From an uncultured Gammaproteobacteria bacterium (lineage in GTDB: Bacteria; Pseudomonadota; Gammaproteobacteria; JACCXJ01), in NCBI GenBank assembly GCA_963764725.1, contig CAVXTM010000001.1, forward strand, positions 256,001 through 320,000: DNA of 64,000 nt, in the 5' to 3' direction. Positions 1 to 9,173 of this stretch are shown one piece after another; position 1 is the first letter of the stretch; the number at the start of each line of letters is the position of its first letter. A program made the position numbers and the translations under genes. The notes beneath the pieces are model-generated. The model worked only from the letters and a program-made list of their open reading frames with translations, was not told where the DNA came from and ran no database searches.

Positions 1-203
1 GATGCGCATGATGTCCGGTTTTTCCATGGCTCGAATGCCGTATCACTTTTACAATGGTTCGTTAAAGGTGGTATCTTCACGTTATTATAGGCAGGCGGAA
101 TTCGTGGTGGAACGGGCGCAAAGGCTTGGGGGGAAAAGCACGGCAAAGGATCGGCGCGTTGTGTGGGCGGCAAGCAGAGCATCCAACCGAATTAAGGCGA
201 CGC

Positions 204-599
204 ATGAGTAATATTCCCGAGGACCGTAAGTACACCTCCAGCCACGAATGGGTAAAACCACTCGATGACGGTACGATGCGGGTCGGCATTACCGATCATG
301 CCCAGCAGGCTTTAGGCGATATGGTGTTCGTTGAGTTACCGGAAGTCGGCGGGGCTTATCCGGCCACGGCGGAATGCGCCGTCGTGGAATCGGTAAAGTC
401 GGCATCGGATCTTTACTGTCCGCTGTCCGGCGAAATCGTGGAGGTAAATGAGGCGCTGAATCAAAGTCCCGAAATCGTCAACCGTGATCCCTACGGCGAA
501 GGCTGGATCTTTCGGCTCAAACCAGATGACATGAATGAGATGAATCGTCTTTTGGATCCCGACGAATACGCCGACGGACTGAAAGACGAGCAACACTAG
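204..599 (+). CDS. gcvH: glycine cleavage system H protein
   Basis: [19 protein letters not shown], lipoyl motif [18 protein letters not shown]; ATG at 204 preferred over the track start at 126. Confidence 0.95.
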   Translation: MSNIPEDRKYTSSHEWVKPLDDGTMRVGITDHAQQALGDMVFVELPEVGGAYPATAECAVVESVKSASDLYCPLSGEIVEVNEALNQSPEIVNRDPYGEGWIFRLKPDDMNEMNRLLDPDEYADGLKDEQH

Positions 600-741
600 A
601 ACTGCTTTACCACGAGTTCGTCACCGCCCCGGAAGCGATTTGATGAGCTAGCCTTGAGGTCGCCGCTGCAGTGGGGATCTCACTGCGGTAAGATCGCGTG
701 GGCCGTGAGGTACCTCAACGACCAGTCAGGAGCATGAATAA

Positions 742-1239
742 ATGGCAACGGTTACCCTCAAAGGCGCCCCGATACATACCAACGGCAATTTGCCGGCGAT
801 CGGCAGCCAGGCCCCCGATTTCACCCTCGTAGACGGCGCACTAAATGATGTCACCTTGGCGACATACCAGGGCAAGAAGAAACTACTGAATATCTTTCCA
901 AGCCTCGACACACCCGTGTGTGCCGCGTCCGCCAGGCGTTTTAACGACGCAGCGAAAGGTCACGGCGATGTGGTCTTTTTGATGATCTCGGCGGATCTAC
1001 CGTTCGCAATGACACGCTTTTGTAAGGCGGAAGCGACAACTAACGTGATCCCACTCTCTTTGATGCGATCGCGAGCCTTCGCTCGGGACTACGGTGTTTT
1101 GATCGAGGACGGTCCTTTTGCGGGAGTCACGGCGCGGGCTGTCGTGATCCTGGATGGAAAAGACCGGGTTATATTCACACAGCTCGTCCCGGAAATCGGC
1201 CACCAGCCGGATTACGATCGCGCATTGGCAGCACTTTAG
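742..1239 (+). CDS. tpx: thiol peroxidase (atypical 2-Cys peroxiredoxin)
   Basis: FPSLDTPVC, SADLPFA..RFC, ARAV motifs; AGGAG RBS upstream. Confidence 0.95.
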   Translation: MATVTLKGAPIHTNGNLPAIGSQAPDFTLVDGALNDVTLATYQGKKKLLNIFPSLDTPVCAASARRFNDAAKGHGDVVFLMISADLPFAMTRFCKAEATTNVIPLSLMRSRAFARDYGVLIEDGPFAGVTARAVVILDGKDRVIFTQLVPEIGHQPDYDRALAAL

Positions 1240-1372
1240 AAAGCGGTTCGCACTTTTTCACTCCTGTCGCGCCGCTTGCGGCGGAGGAGTGGACCTTCCT
1301 GATGGCCCAGACCTGCGCGGCTAGTGCGGGTACTAGCGTCCATCGTTCTCAAATTCCTGGTCCAAACAATAT

Positions 1373-1440
1373 TTATTCCATATAGCTATATAAAAATAGA
1401 AATATAGTCTTTTACCTAATATATCTTCCGCGCTAAAGTG
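1373..1440 (+). promoter_or_regulatory. AT-rich CysB/Cbl-like (LysR) box plus putative -10 (TAAAGT 1434-1439)
   Basis: Very AT-rich tract TTATTCCATATAGCTATATA... upstream of sulfate-uptake genes; 14/20 identical to a second copy at 5803. Confidence 0.65.
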
Positions 1441-1506
1441 CTCGCAATGGCAGCAGCCCTGTGAACCGACGACCGTATCACGTTACTTTGGCTAGAGATC
1501 TCTATC

Positions 1507-1695
1507 ATGCAAGGCAATCGCGCGAATGTCCCCCTTGGGATCGGTCAAACCTCGCCTCTCTCGGTCGAGGACATCCGTTTGGCGCTCCAGGCGCTTCACT
1601 ACGGCGCCGTGGAGATCACCGTCCATAACGGACAAATCGTGCAGATCGAGCGCAAGGAAAAGCTCCGTGCTTCCTCCGCCTCTGCAAGACAGTAA
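1507..1695 (+). CDS. YezD/DUF2292 (OscA-like) small sulfur-starvation protein
   Basis: LHYGAVEITVHNGQIVQIERKEKLR matches the family motif; first gene ahead of porin and sbp. Confidence 0.85.
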   Translation: MQGNRANVPLGIGQTSPLSVEDIRLALQALHYGAVEITVHNGQIVQIERKEKLRASSASARQ

Positions 1696-1720
1696 AATCG
1701 GAACTGACCAGATCGGCCTA

Positions 1721-1795
1721 TTAACCCCACCAGTTCACTGGAGGTAAAGACAGATGGCATTTAACCAAGAGCTCACCGGGCCACCGGAGGTTCTC
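1721..1795 (+). repeat. two tandem hairpin units CAC-CRG-NNCA-CYG-GAGGT
   Basis: CACCAGTTCACTGGAGGT (1728-1745) and CACCGGGCCACCGGAGGT (1774-1791), each preceded by TTAACC, with a compensatory stem change. Confidence 0.7.
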
Positions 1796-1817
1796 GTAAA
1801 AATAGGAAATTATTTCT

Positions 1818-3225
1818 ATGAGAAACTCCACGCTCACACTCACTCTCCTCGGTGGGTTCGCCACGGGTTTTCATGCTTCACTCGCAGCGGAGGAGGCCAT
1901 TTCGCCCGCGGTACAGCAGCGCATCGACGAGCTCGACCTCAAGGTGCGGACGCTCGAGCGGCGGCTCGAGGTCGATCAGGAAACCAAGCTTGCCGACAAG
2001 GCCAAACAGACGGCCACGGTCTCGGCTGGGGCAGATGGATTTGCGCTCAAGTCCACCGACGGGGCCTTCCAGCTCAAGCTACGCGCGCTCTTACACGCAG
2101 ACAGCCGCTGGTTTTTTCGAGAGCTTTGACTCGGGGACCGACGACACCTATTTGCTCCGGCGCGTGCGCCCCTACATCGAGGGCACGGTCTTCAATATCT
2201 TCGATTTCAAGATCATGCCGGATTTCGGCGGCGGCAAGACGGTCATCCAGGACGCCTACGTCGACGCGCGCTTTCTGCCCTGGTTGCAGATCAAGGGCGG
2301 AAAGTTCAAGACACCGTTCGGCATCGAGCGCCTGCAGTCGGCCTCGGCCATCCGTTTCGTCGAGCGGGCGCTGCCCAATAACATCGTGCCGAACCGCGAT
2401 ATCGGCGGCGAGTTCCACGGTGATATCGGCAGCGGGCTCTTCACCTATTCGGCGGCCGTCTTGAACGGGTCCAATGACGGCCGTTCGAGCGACGACGTAG
2501 GCGACATCGACAACAACGTCGACAAGGACTTCGCCGGCCGGATCTACGCTCATCCATTCAAGGACACGAGCATCGTGCCCTTGCAGGGCCTCGGGATCGG
2601 TTTCGCCGCGAGCTACGTCAACGCCGGGGGCAGCCCGAGCGAGCCCAATTTGCCCAGCTACAGGACTTCGGGGCAGGAGACGTTCTTCAATTATCGCGGT
2701 ACCACCTTCTCGGATGGTGAACGGCTCCGGCTCTCTCCGCAGGGATATTACTACTATGGTCCCTTCGGGCTTCTTTGGGAATACGTCAACGTCTCCCAGG
2801 ATGTCGCGCGCGACATCGACGGTGCGACGCGATCGGGCCAAGTCGACAACGATGCCTGGCAGGTGGCGTTCGGCTATGTGCTCACGGGTGAGGACTCCAC
2901 CTACAAGGGCGTAATACCAAAGAGCCCCTTCTCGTTCCAAAGCGGCACCTGGGGTGCGTTCGAGCTGATGGCGCGCTATAGCGAGCTCAGTATTGACGAT
3001 GAGGCCTTTGCCGCTGGCGACGACTCCTTTGCAAATCCCACTGAGGCGGCTCAGAAGGCGCAGGCCTTCGCTTTTGGCTTGAACTGGTACCTCAACCAGA
3101 ACGTGAAGCTGGTTTTGAACTATGAACAAACGATGTTTGACGGCGGCGGGGGCGGCACGCCTGAAGCACCCAACGACCTCGACGACGAGAAAGTGGTGCT
3201 GGGCCGGGTCCAACTCGCTTTTTGA
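1818..3225 (+). pseudogene. OprO/OprP-family anion-selective porin, +1 frameshift in T6 run at 2112-2117
   Basis: Signal peptide and coiled coil in ORF 1818-2129; barrel (LRRVR, GKFKTPFGIE, GLNWYLN, terminal QLAF) continues in the next frame; removing one T joins them (..SRWFFESFD..). Confidence 0.85.
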
Positions 3226-3255
3226 TCCATTCCAATGAAGCCAAGGAGAAACGCT

Positions 3256-4272
3256 ATGTTTACAAGAGAAGGTTTGCTCGCACTGACCGTCACCACCTTA
3301 GTGTTATCGCTGATCAACCCGCTAGCATCGTGGGCCAAGGAGATCCGTTTGCTCAATGTCTCCTACGATCCGACGCGCGAGCTGTACCAGGAGTATAACG
3401 CGGCCTTCGCGAAACACTGGCAGGAAAAGACCGGCGATACCGTGACCATCCAGCAGTCGCATGGCGGATCGGGTAAGCAGGCACGCGCCGTGATCGACGG
3501 GCTCGAGGCGGATGTGGTGACCCTGGCGCTCGCCTACGACATCGATGCGATCGCGGAGAAATCCGGGCTCCTGCGCAAGAACTGGCAATCCGATCTGCCG
3601 GACTCGAGTTCCCCCTACACCTCCACGATGGCCTTTCTGGTGCGTAAGGGTAACCCCAAGGGGATTAAGGACTGGGATGACCTCGTTAAGCCCGGCGTCT
3701 CGGTGATCACCCCGAATCCCAAGACCTCCGGAGCCGCCCGCTGGAACTACCTCGGCGCCTGGGGTTACGCCCTGCTGAAATCGAATCGTGACGAAGCCAA
3801 GGCCAAAGACTTCATCGCCAAGCTCTATAAGAACGTGCCGGTGCTCGATACCGCCGCGCGCGGCGCGACCACCACCTTTGTCCAACGTGGCATCGGAGAT
3901 GTGCTTATCAACTGGGAGAATGAGATTCTGTTGGCCGGCAGGGAGTTAGGGCCGGATAAGTTCGACATTGTCGTGCCGCCAAGCAGCATCCTGGCCCAGC
4001 CTACGGTCGCCGTGGTCGAAAAGGTCGCAGACAAGCACGGCACGATCGAGGCCGCGCGCGCCTATCTTGAGTATCTCTACACCAAGGAAGGCCAGGAGAT
4101 CGTCGCCAAGCACTTTTACCGGCCGGTGGATGCGGAGGTGGCGGCCAAATACGCCTCCCAGTTCCCGAAGCTGACGTTGTTTACGCTCGCGGAAATAGTG
4201 GGCGATTGGAAGAAAGCCAATCAGGTCCACTTCGCCGATGGTGGGCTGTTCGACCAGATCCATGGACAGTAA
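3256..4272 (+). CDS. sbp: periplasmic sulfate-binding protein
   Basis: [42 protein letters not shown]; AGGAG RBS before ATG 3256. Confidence 0.95.
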   Translation: MFTREGLLALTVTTLVLSLINPLASWAKEIRLLNVSYDPTRELYQEYNAAFAKHWQEKTGDTVTIQQSHGGSGKQARAVIDGLEADVVTLALAYDIDAIAEKSGLLRKNWQSDLPDSSSPYTSTMAFLVRKGNPKGIKDWDDLVKPGVSVITPNPKTSGAARWNYLGAWGYALLKSNRDEAKAKDFIAKLYKNVPVLDTAARGATTTFVQRGIGDVLINWENEILLAGRELGPDKFDIVVPPSSILAQPTVAVVEKVADKHGTIEAARAYLEYLYTKEGQEIVAKHFYRPVDAEVAAKYASQFPKLTLFTLAEIVGDWKKANQVHFADGGLFDQIHGQ

Positions 4273-4326
4273 GCAAAGCAATAGAGGGCTTTAATCATTA
4301 ACCATCTAAACTGAGGAAAAATTTTT

Positions 4327-4488
4327 ATGAGTAATTTTATGTGGGGCTTTATTTTGGGTCTGCTCGCCGGCAGCTTCGGCGTCTTTCTCACGCTGGCCCT
4401 AGCGTACATCGGCGCGCGTGCGGATGCAGACGACCTGGCCGATTGGCGTGAGCTGGGCAAAGAGGACGATTGGATATGGATCGGTTAG
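4327..4488 (+). CDS. 53-aa single-pass membrane peptide (not in ORF track)
   Basis: GAGG RBS, then MSNFMWGFILGLLAGSFGVFLTLALAYIGARADADDLADWRELGKEDDWIWIG*; fills the sbp-TOBE gap. Confidence 0.65.
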   Translation: MSNFMWGFILGLLAGSFGVFLTLALAYIGARADADDLADWRELGKEDDWIWIG

Positions 4489-4524
4489 AGGTGGTTTAAC
4501 CTAGATAACAGAGAGGTATATGTC

Positions 4525-4740
4525 ATGACCATTAGAGCGATCAATGTACGCAATCAGTTTCGAGGAAGGGTTAAGGAGATCTTGGAAGGACCGGTGGTCT
4601 CGGAGGTGGATGTCGAGACGCCGGCAGGGATCGTGACCTCGGTGATCACCTCGCGCTCGATCGCAGATCTCGATCTCAAGGTAGGGTCGGAGGTGCTGGC
4701 GCTGGTGAAATCGACCGAGGTGGCGCTGGCGAAACTATAG
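4525..4740 (+). CDS. ssuF: TOBE/molybdopterin-binding-like protein (SsuF type)
   Basis: INVRNQFRG, GIVTSVITSRS, ALVKSTEV; GAGG RBS. Confidence 0.85.
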   Translation: MTIRAINVRNQFRGRVKEILEGPVVSEVDVETPAGIVTSVITSRSIADLDLKVGSEVLALVKSTEVALAKL

Positions 4741-4879
4741 GATTAATCCCAAGTGTAGCGGGCCGGCAGCCGCCGGTCCGCTGCCGCCGGTCCGCTCGAA
4801 TCCATGAGCGGACCTCACAAAAGCGACACACGGGTGTCGTGTTCCGCAATGATTTTTCATATGCGGTAGGAGGAGCAGC

Positions 4880-5812
4880 ATGCCGATCAGTCAGATCATC
4901 GATTATTTCAATGACCAGATGCGGGTTGCACCTATGCGCTTCCTTCCCGAGGATCCGATTCGTTCGCGCTACGGGGCGGTCGAGGGGTATTTCGGACCGT
5001 TGCGGCTGACGAGCGTGTTTCAGCCCCTCGTCGCTATCGCCTCCGGCGGGTGCCTCGTCGCCGGCCATCAAGCCTATTTGCGCGCGATCGGTGCGAACTA
5101 CGCGGCGCTACCGGCGCCCGAGGTCTTTGCGAGCGCCCGCGAAGCGGCGGCGATCGTATATCTGGATCGGCTGTGCCGCACGGTGCATACGCTCAATTTT
5201 CTGCGCCAGGCGAACAACGAGTGCTGCTTGTTTATACATGTGCACGCCCGCCATATCCTGCGTGTCCCGCATGAACATGGCGAGTACTTCGAAGCTCTCT
5301 TGCATCGCTGCGGCTTGACCCCGGAGCGCATCGTGATCCAAGTTAGGCCGCCGAGCATGGGGAACGCCGATGAACGCCGCCGAACGCAGGCTGCGCTGAG
5401 AAACTACCGGCGGCGCGGCTATCGCCTGGCTATGAACGTCACGTCCGGCGTCCACAGGGAGAATATTCTCGAACACCTTTTGGAGTTCCAACCGGATTAC
5501 GTGCGACTCGACCGCACTTGCCTGCCGATCGGGGACACTCAGGCGGCGGTGGCCCGGGCTATGACCTTGATCGCTCTTCTCCACGAAGCAGGAGCCAAGG
5601 TCATTGTCCATGGCCTTGAGAGCACGGCGCAAGTGCGTGCCGCCACTGAATTCGGGGTGGATGTGGCCGCAGGAGATCACTTCGGCCGGCCGAGCCCTGA
5701 TCTCAGCAATGGTATCCCCGTCCCGGTGGACGGCAGTCGTCCGTTCGGAAGCCGCACAGCGGCCGGTAAGTCGCCGTTTGGGGCGAACGATGTCTTCTTA
5801 CGTTATGCATAA
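4880..5812 (+). CDS. degenerate (probably inactive) EAL-domain protein
   Basis: LTSVFQP, LDRLCR, PDYVRLDR, GLES, GDHFGRP scaffold; catalytic motifs substituted; AGGAGG RBS. Confidence 0.8.
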   Translation: MPISQIIDYFNDQMRVAPMRFLPEDPIRSRYGAVEGYFGPLRLTSVFQPLVAIASGGCLVAGHQAYLRAIGANYAALPAPEVFASAREAAAIVYLDRLCRTVHTLNFLRQANNECCLFIHVHARHILRVPHEHGEYFEALLHRCGLTPERIVIQVRPPSMGNADERRRTQAALRNYRRRGYRLAMNVTSGVHRENILEHLLEFQPDYVRLDRTCLPIGDTQAAVARAMTLIALLHEAGAKVIVHGLESTAQVRAATEFGVDVAAGDHFGRPSPDLSNGIPVPVDGSRPFGSRTAAGKSPFGANDVFLRYA

Positions 5813-5850
5813 TAGTTATTTATAGCGATAGGCAATCGTCTGCTAGATTA
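5803..5850 (+). promoter_or_regulatory. second CysB-like box upstream of cysTWA
   Basis: TTATGCATAATAGTTATTTA resembles 1373-1392. Confidence 0.55.
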
Positions 5851-5970
5851 CGTAACATGACACCGATCCTCGAGTTTCCTTTCGCTGAACCTGCGCACCC
5901 GGGCCGCCGAACACCCCTGAGCGATGTGCCGATACCTGCCGTGCTCACATTGCCGTAAGAGAGCACCGCG

Positions 5971-7773
5971 ATGCCACCTACCATCCAGAAGCGCCCGTCT
6001 CCCAGCCATTCCCCGATCCCGGGGTTCGGACTGACCTTGGGCTACACGATGATCTACCTCAGCCTGATTGTGCTGATCCCGCTCGCTGGGGTATTTGTCA
6101 AAGCAGCCGGGCTCGGTCTTGACGGCCTCTTGCAGATTCTCGGTTCGCAACGTGTACTGTCGGCGCTGAAGCTTTCCTTCGGAACGGCGCTGATCGCGGC
6201 AGCCATCAACCTGGTCTTCGGCATGCTCGTGGCCTGGGTATTCGTGCGCTACGAGTTTGCGGGCAAGCGGCTCTTCGATGCGACGATTGATCTGCCTTTC
6301 GCGCTGCCGACCGCCGTCGCAGGCATCGCCCTGACGGCGCTCTACGCGGGCAACGGCTGGGTCGGCCAGTTTCTGGAATCGCTGGGCATCAAGGTGGCCT
6401 ACACGCCGCTCGGCATCGTCGTCGCGCTGACTTTCATCGGCCTGCCGTTCGTGGTGCGCACGGTGGAGCCGGTGCTGAGGGACGCCGAGAAGGAACTGGA
6501 GGAGGCTGCCGCCTCGCTCGGCGCAACGCGCTGGCAGACGGTGAGCCGGGTTGTCTTTCCGGCCATCCTGCCCGCGCTCTTGACCGGCTTCACGCTGGCC
6601 TTCGCGCGCGGCGTCGGCGAATACGGATCGGTGATCTTCATCGCCGGCAATCTGCCGCATGTGTCCGAAATCGCGCCGCTGCTCATTGTCATCAAGCTGG
6701 AGGAGTATAATATGGCGGGCGCCACCGCGGTGGCAGCCGCCATGCTGGTCATTTCCTTCGCGCTATTGCTGGTGATCAACGCGCTGCAGGCGTGGACCAA
6801 CCGCCACCGGACGCAGCCACCATGTCGAACCCGCTCTGCCTCATCCTGTGCTTCAGGGAGTTGGAGCATGAGTCCGCAGATCGACCACTCGCTGCTCGAT
6901 CCGCCCGAGCTCCCGTTCGAGCCGCTGATAGAGCGCAATGCCGTAATCACCGAGCAGCCTTGGGTCCGCTGGATTCTGACGGCCGGCGCGCTCACTTTCC
7001 TGATGGTGTTTCTTCTGCTTCCCCTGGTCGCCGTCTTTACGGAGGCCTTGCGCGGCGGCTTCAAGCTGTACTGGGATTCCTTGAAAGAACCCGACGCGCT
7101 GGTGGCGATCCGGCTGACCCTCACCGTCGCTGCCATCGCGGTGCCGCTGAACCTTGTCTTTGGCGTGGCCGCGGCCTGGGCCGTCACCAAGTTCGAGTTC
7201 CGCGGCAAGTTCTTCCTTATCACGCTTATAGACCTGCCGTTTTCGGTGTCGCCGGTGGTCTCCGGGCTGATCTACGTGCTGATATTCGGCGCGCAGGGAT
7301 GGTTCGGTCCTTGGCTGGCCGCGCACGACATCCACATCATCTTCGCCGTACCGGGAATTGTGCTGGCCACGGTGTTCGTGACCTTTCCCTTCATCGCCCG
7401 CGAGCTGATACCGCTGATGCAGGAGCAGGGCACGGACGACGAGCAGGCGGCGCTGTCCTTGGGCGCGAATGGCTGGCAGGCCTTCTGGCATGTCACGCTG
7501 CCGAACATCAAATGGGGCCTGCTGTACGGCGTGCTGTTGTGCAATGCCCGCGCCATGGGCGAGTTCGGTGCGGTCTCCGTGGTCAGCGGCCACATCCGCG
7601 GCGAGACCAATACCATGCCGCTGCACGTGGAAATCCTCTACAACGAATACAACTTCGCCGCAGCCTTCGCCGTGGCCTCGCTCTTGGCCGGGCTCGCCCT
7701 GGTCACGCTCGCGTTGAAGTCCTTCCTCGAAGCACGGCACGGCGTCGAGCTATCGGCCTCACATCGTCATTGA
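5971..7773 (+). CDS. cysTW: sulfate ABC permease, CysT and CysW in one reading frame (CysW ATG with GGAG RBS at 6868)
   Basis: CysT motifs [27 protein letters not shown]; CysW motifs [32 protein letters not shown]. Confidence 0.9.
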   Translation: MPPTIQKRPSPSHSPIPGFGLTLGYTMIYLSLIVLIPLAGVFVKAAGLGLDGLLQILGSQRVLSALKLSFGTALIAAAINLVFGMLVAWVFVRYEFAGKRLFDATIDLPFALPTAVAGIALTALYAGNGWVGQFLESLGIKVAYTPLGIVVALTFIGLPFVVRTVEPVLRDAEKELEEAAASLGATRWQTVSRVVFPAILPALLTGFTLAFARGVGEYGSVIFIAGNLPHVSEIAPLLIVIKLEEYNMAGATAVAAAMLVISFALLLVINALQAWTNRHRTQPPCRTRSASSCASGSWSMSPQIDHSLLDPPELPFEPLIERNAVITEQPWVRWILTAGALTFLMVFLLLPLVAVFTEALRGGFKLYWDSLKEPDALVAIRLTLTVAAIAVPLNLVFGVAAAWAVTKFEFRGKFFLITLIDLPFSVSPVVSGLIYVLIFGAQGWFGPWLAAHDIHIIFAVPGIVLATVFVTFPFIARELIPLMQEQGTDDEQAALSLGANGWQAFWHVTLPNIKWGLLYGVLLCNARAMGEFGAVSVVSGHIRGETNTMPLHVEILYNEYNFAAAFAVASLLAGLALVTLALKSFLEARHGVELSASHRH

Positions 7774-7784
7774 CGGAGCCACTC

Positions 7785-8909
7785 ATGGAAATTCGAATCC
7801 GCCACATCCACAAAAGCTTCGCCGGCTTTCCCGCGCTGGTGGACGTTAATCTGGACATCCGGTCGGGCGAGCTGATCGCGCTCTTGGGTCCGTCCGGCTC
7901 CGGCAAGACAACGCTGCTGCGCGTCATCGCCGGGCTTGAATTTCCGGACTACGGGACGATTCTGTTCGGTACCGAGAACATGGCACGCAAACCCGTGCGT
8001 GAGCGCCGCGTCGGCTTCGTGTTCCAGCACTACGCGCTGTTCAAGCACATGAGCGTGCTGGACAACATCGCATTCGGTCTGCGCGTGCAGCCGAGGTCCT
8101 TGCGGCCTGATGAAGCCCAGATCCGCCGCAAAACCGTCGAGCTCCTGGACCTGGTGCAGCTAGGCGGTCTGGAGCGGCGCTACCCGCACCAGTTGTCCGG
8201 CGGACAGAAACAGCGGGTAGCCCTGGCCCGCGCCCTAGCGATCGAACCGCGCGTGCTGCTTTTGGACGAACCGTTTGGTGCGCTCGACGCTAAGGTGCGC
8301 AAGGACCTGCGCCGCTGGCTGCGCGAGCTGCACGACCGGACCGGCTACACGACCGTGTTCGTCACCCACGACCAGGAAGAGGCGCTGGAGTTGGCCGACC
8401 GGGTGGTGATCATGAACCGTGGGTGCCTCGAGCAGGTCGGCACCGTGGACGAGGTGTACGAGCACCCTCGAACGCCGTTCGTCTTCGACTTCCTGGGCGG
8501 CACCAACGTGCTCGACGCCGAAATGCACGGACGCAAGGTGTTCCTGCGCGGCGCCGAGCAACCGCTGGTGACCGACATCATCCATCCCGACGGCCCCGCC
8601 GATCTCTATGTACGCCCCGGCGATCTGCGCCTTGCGGACCCGGGCTCGCCCGGCATCGAAGTGCATGTAACCGCCGTTCAGCGCACCGGGCCCATCGTGC
8701 GCGCCAGCGCCGAAGTATTGGCCAACGGCACCGGCATCAGCATCGAACTGCCTCATCTGCACCACGACGCAGCCAGGTTCCAGGCAGGCGCCACACTACG
8801 GCTGAAGATGATGCAGTTCTGCGTATACCCGCGAGCGGCTGCGGTTCATGCGCACCCGGTTACGGAGGCTCCGGAACCCGCCGAATCGCAAGAGCGCACC
8901 CGCGCCTAG
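7785..8909 (+). CDS. cysA: sulfate ABC transporter ATP-binding subunit
   Basis: [36 protein letters not shown]-terminal TOBE-like region. Confidence 0.95.
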   Translation: MEIRIRHIHKSFAGFPALVDVNLDIRSGELIALLGPSGSGKTTLLRVIAGLEFPDYGTILFGTENMARKPVRERRVGFVFQHYALFKHMSVLDNIAFGLRVQPRSLRPDEAQIRRKTVELLDLVQLGGLERRYPHQLSGGQKQRVALARALAIEPRVLLLDEPFGALDAKVRKDLRRWLRELHDRTGYTTVFVTHDQEEALELADRVVIMNRGCLEQVGTVDEVYEHPRTPFVFDFLGGTNVLDAEMHGRKVFLRGAEQPLVTDIIHPDGPADLYVRPGDLRLADPGSPGIEVHVTAVQRTGPIVRASAEVLANGTGISIELPHLHHDAARFQAGATLRLKMMQFCVYPRAAAVHAHPVTEAPEPAESQERTRA

Positions 8910-9173
8910 TATCGCCTTCGGGGCGCTCGGTGAGCACTACGACATCCTGAAAAGCTTCTCGCCAGACGAAACCTGGAGCTGGCCCGGACGGTCCTCCAGT
9001 TGGGCTGCACCGCGAGGTCAAGCCGCGATGCCGACGCGACGTGGCGACTACCCCATTCGGCCTTCACAAGACCCCGAATAGACCTAGTCTAGCGATCGTG
9101 CCGAGAATATAGGGACGTGGTAAAGTCGCTTTAGGATACGTAAGCCGTCGTAACCGGCGGCGGGAGGAGCTCA

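Noticed and set aside
1-27. Possible minus-strand gene start (MEKPDIMRI)
   Set aside because: Too little sequence to support a call
60-203. Glycine or c-di-GMP riboswitch upstream of gcvH
   Set aside because: No GGAGA/CCGAAG/TCAGG glycine core; the GGCGCAAAG match lacks the supporting stems
1721-1795. CRISPR array interpretation of the short repeats
   Set aside because: Only two 18-nt units, no regular spacers, no cas genes
6792-7784. N-terminal extension making CysA 705 aa
   Set aside because: Off-frame overlap with cysW; real start has a GGAG RBS at 7785
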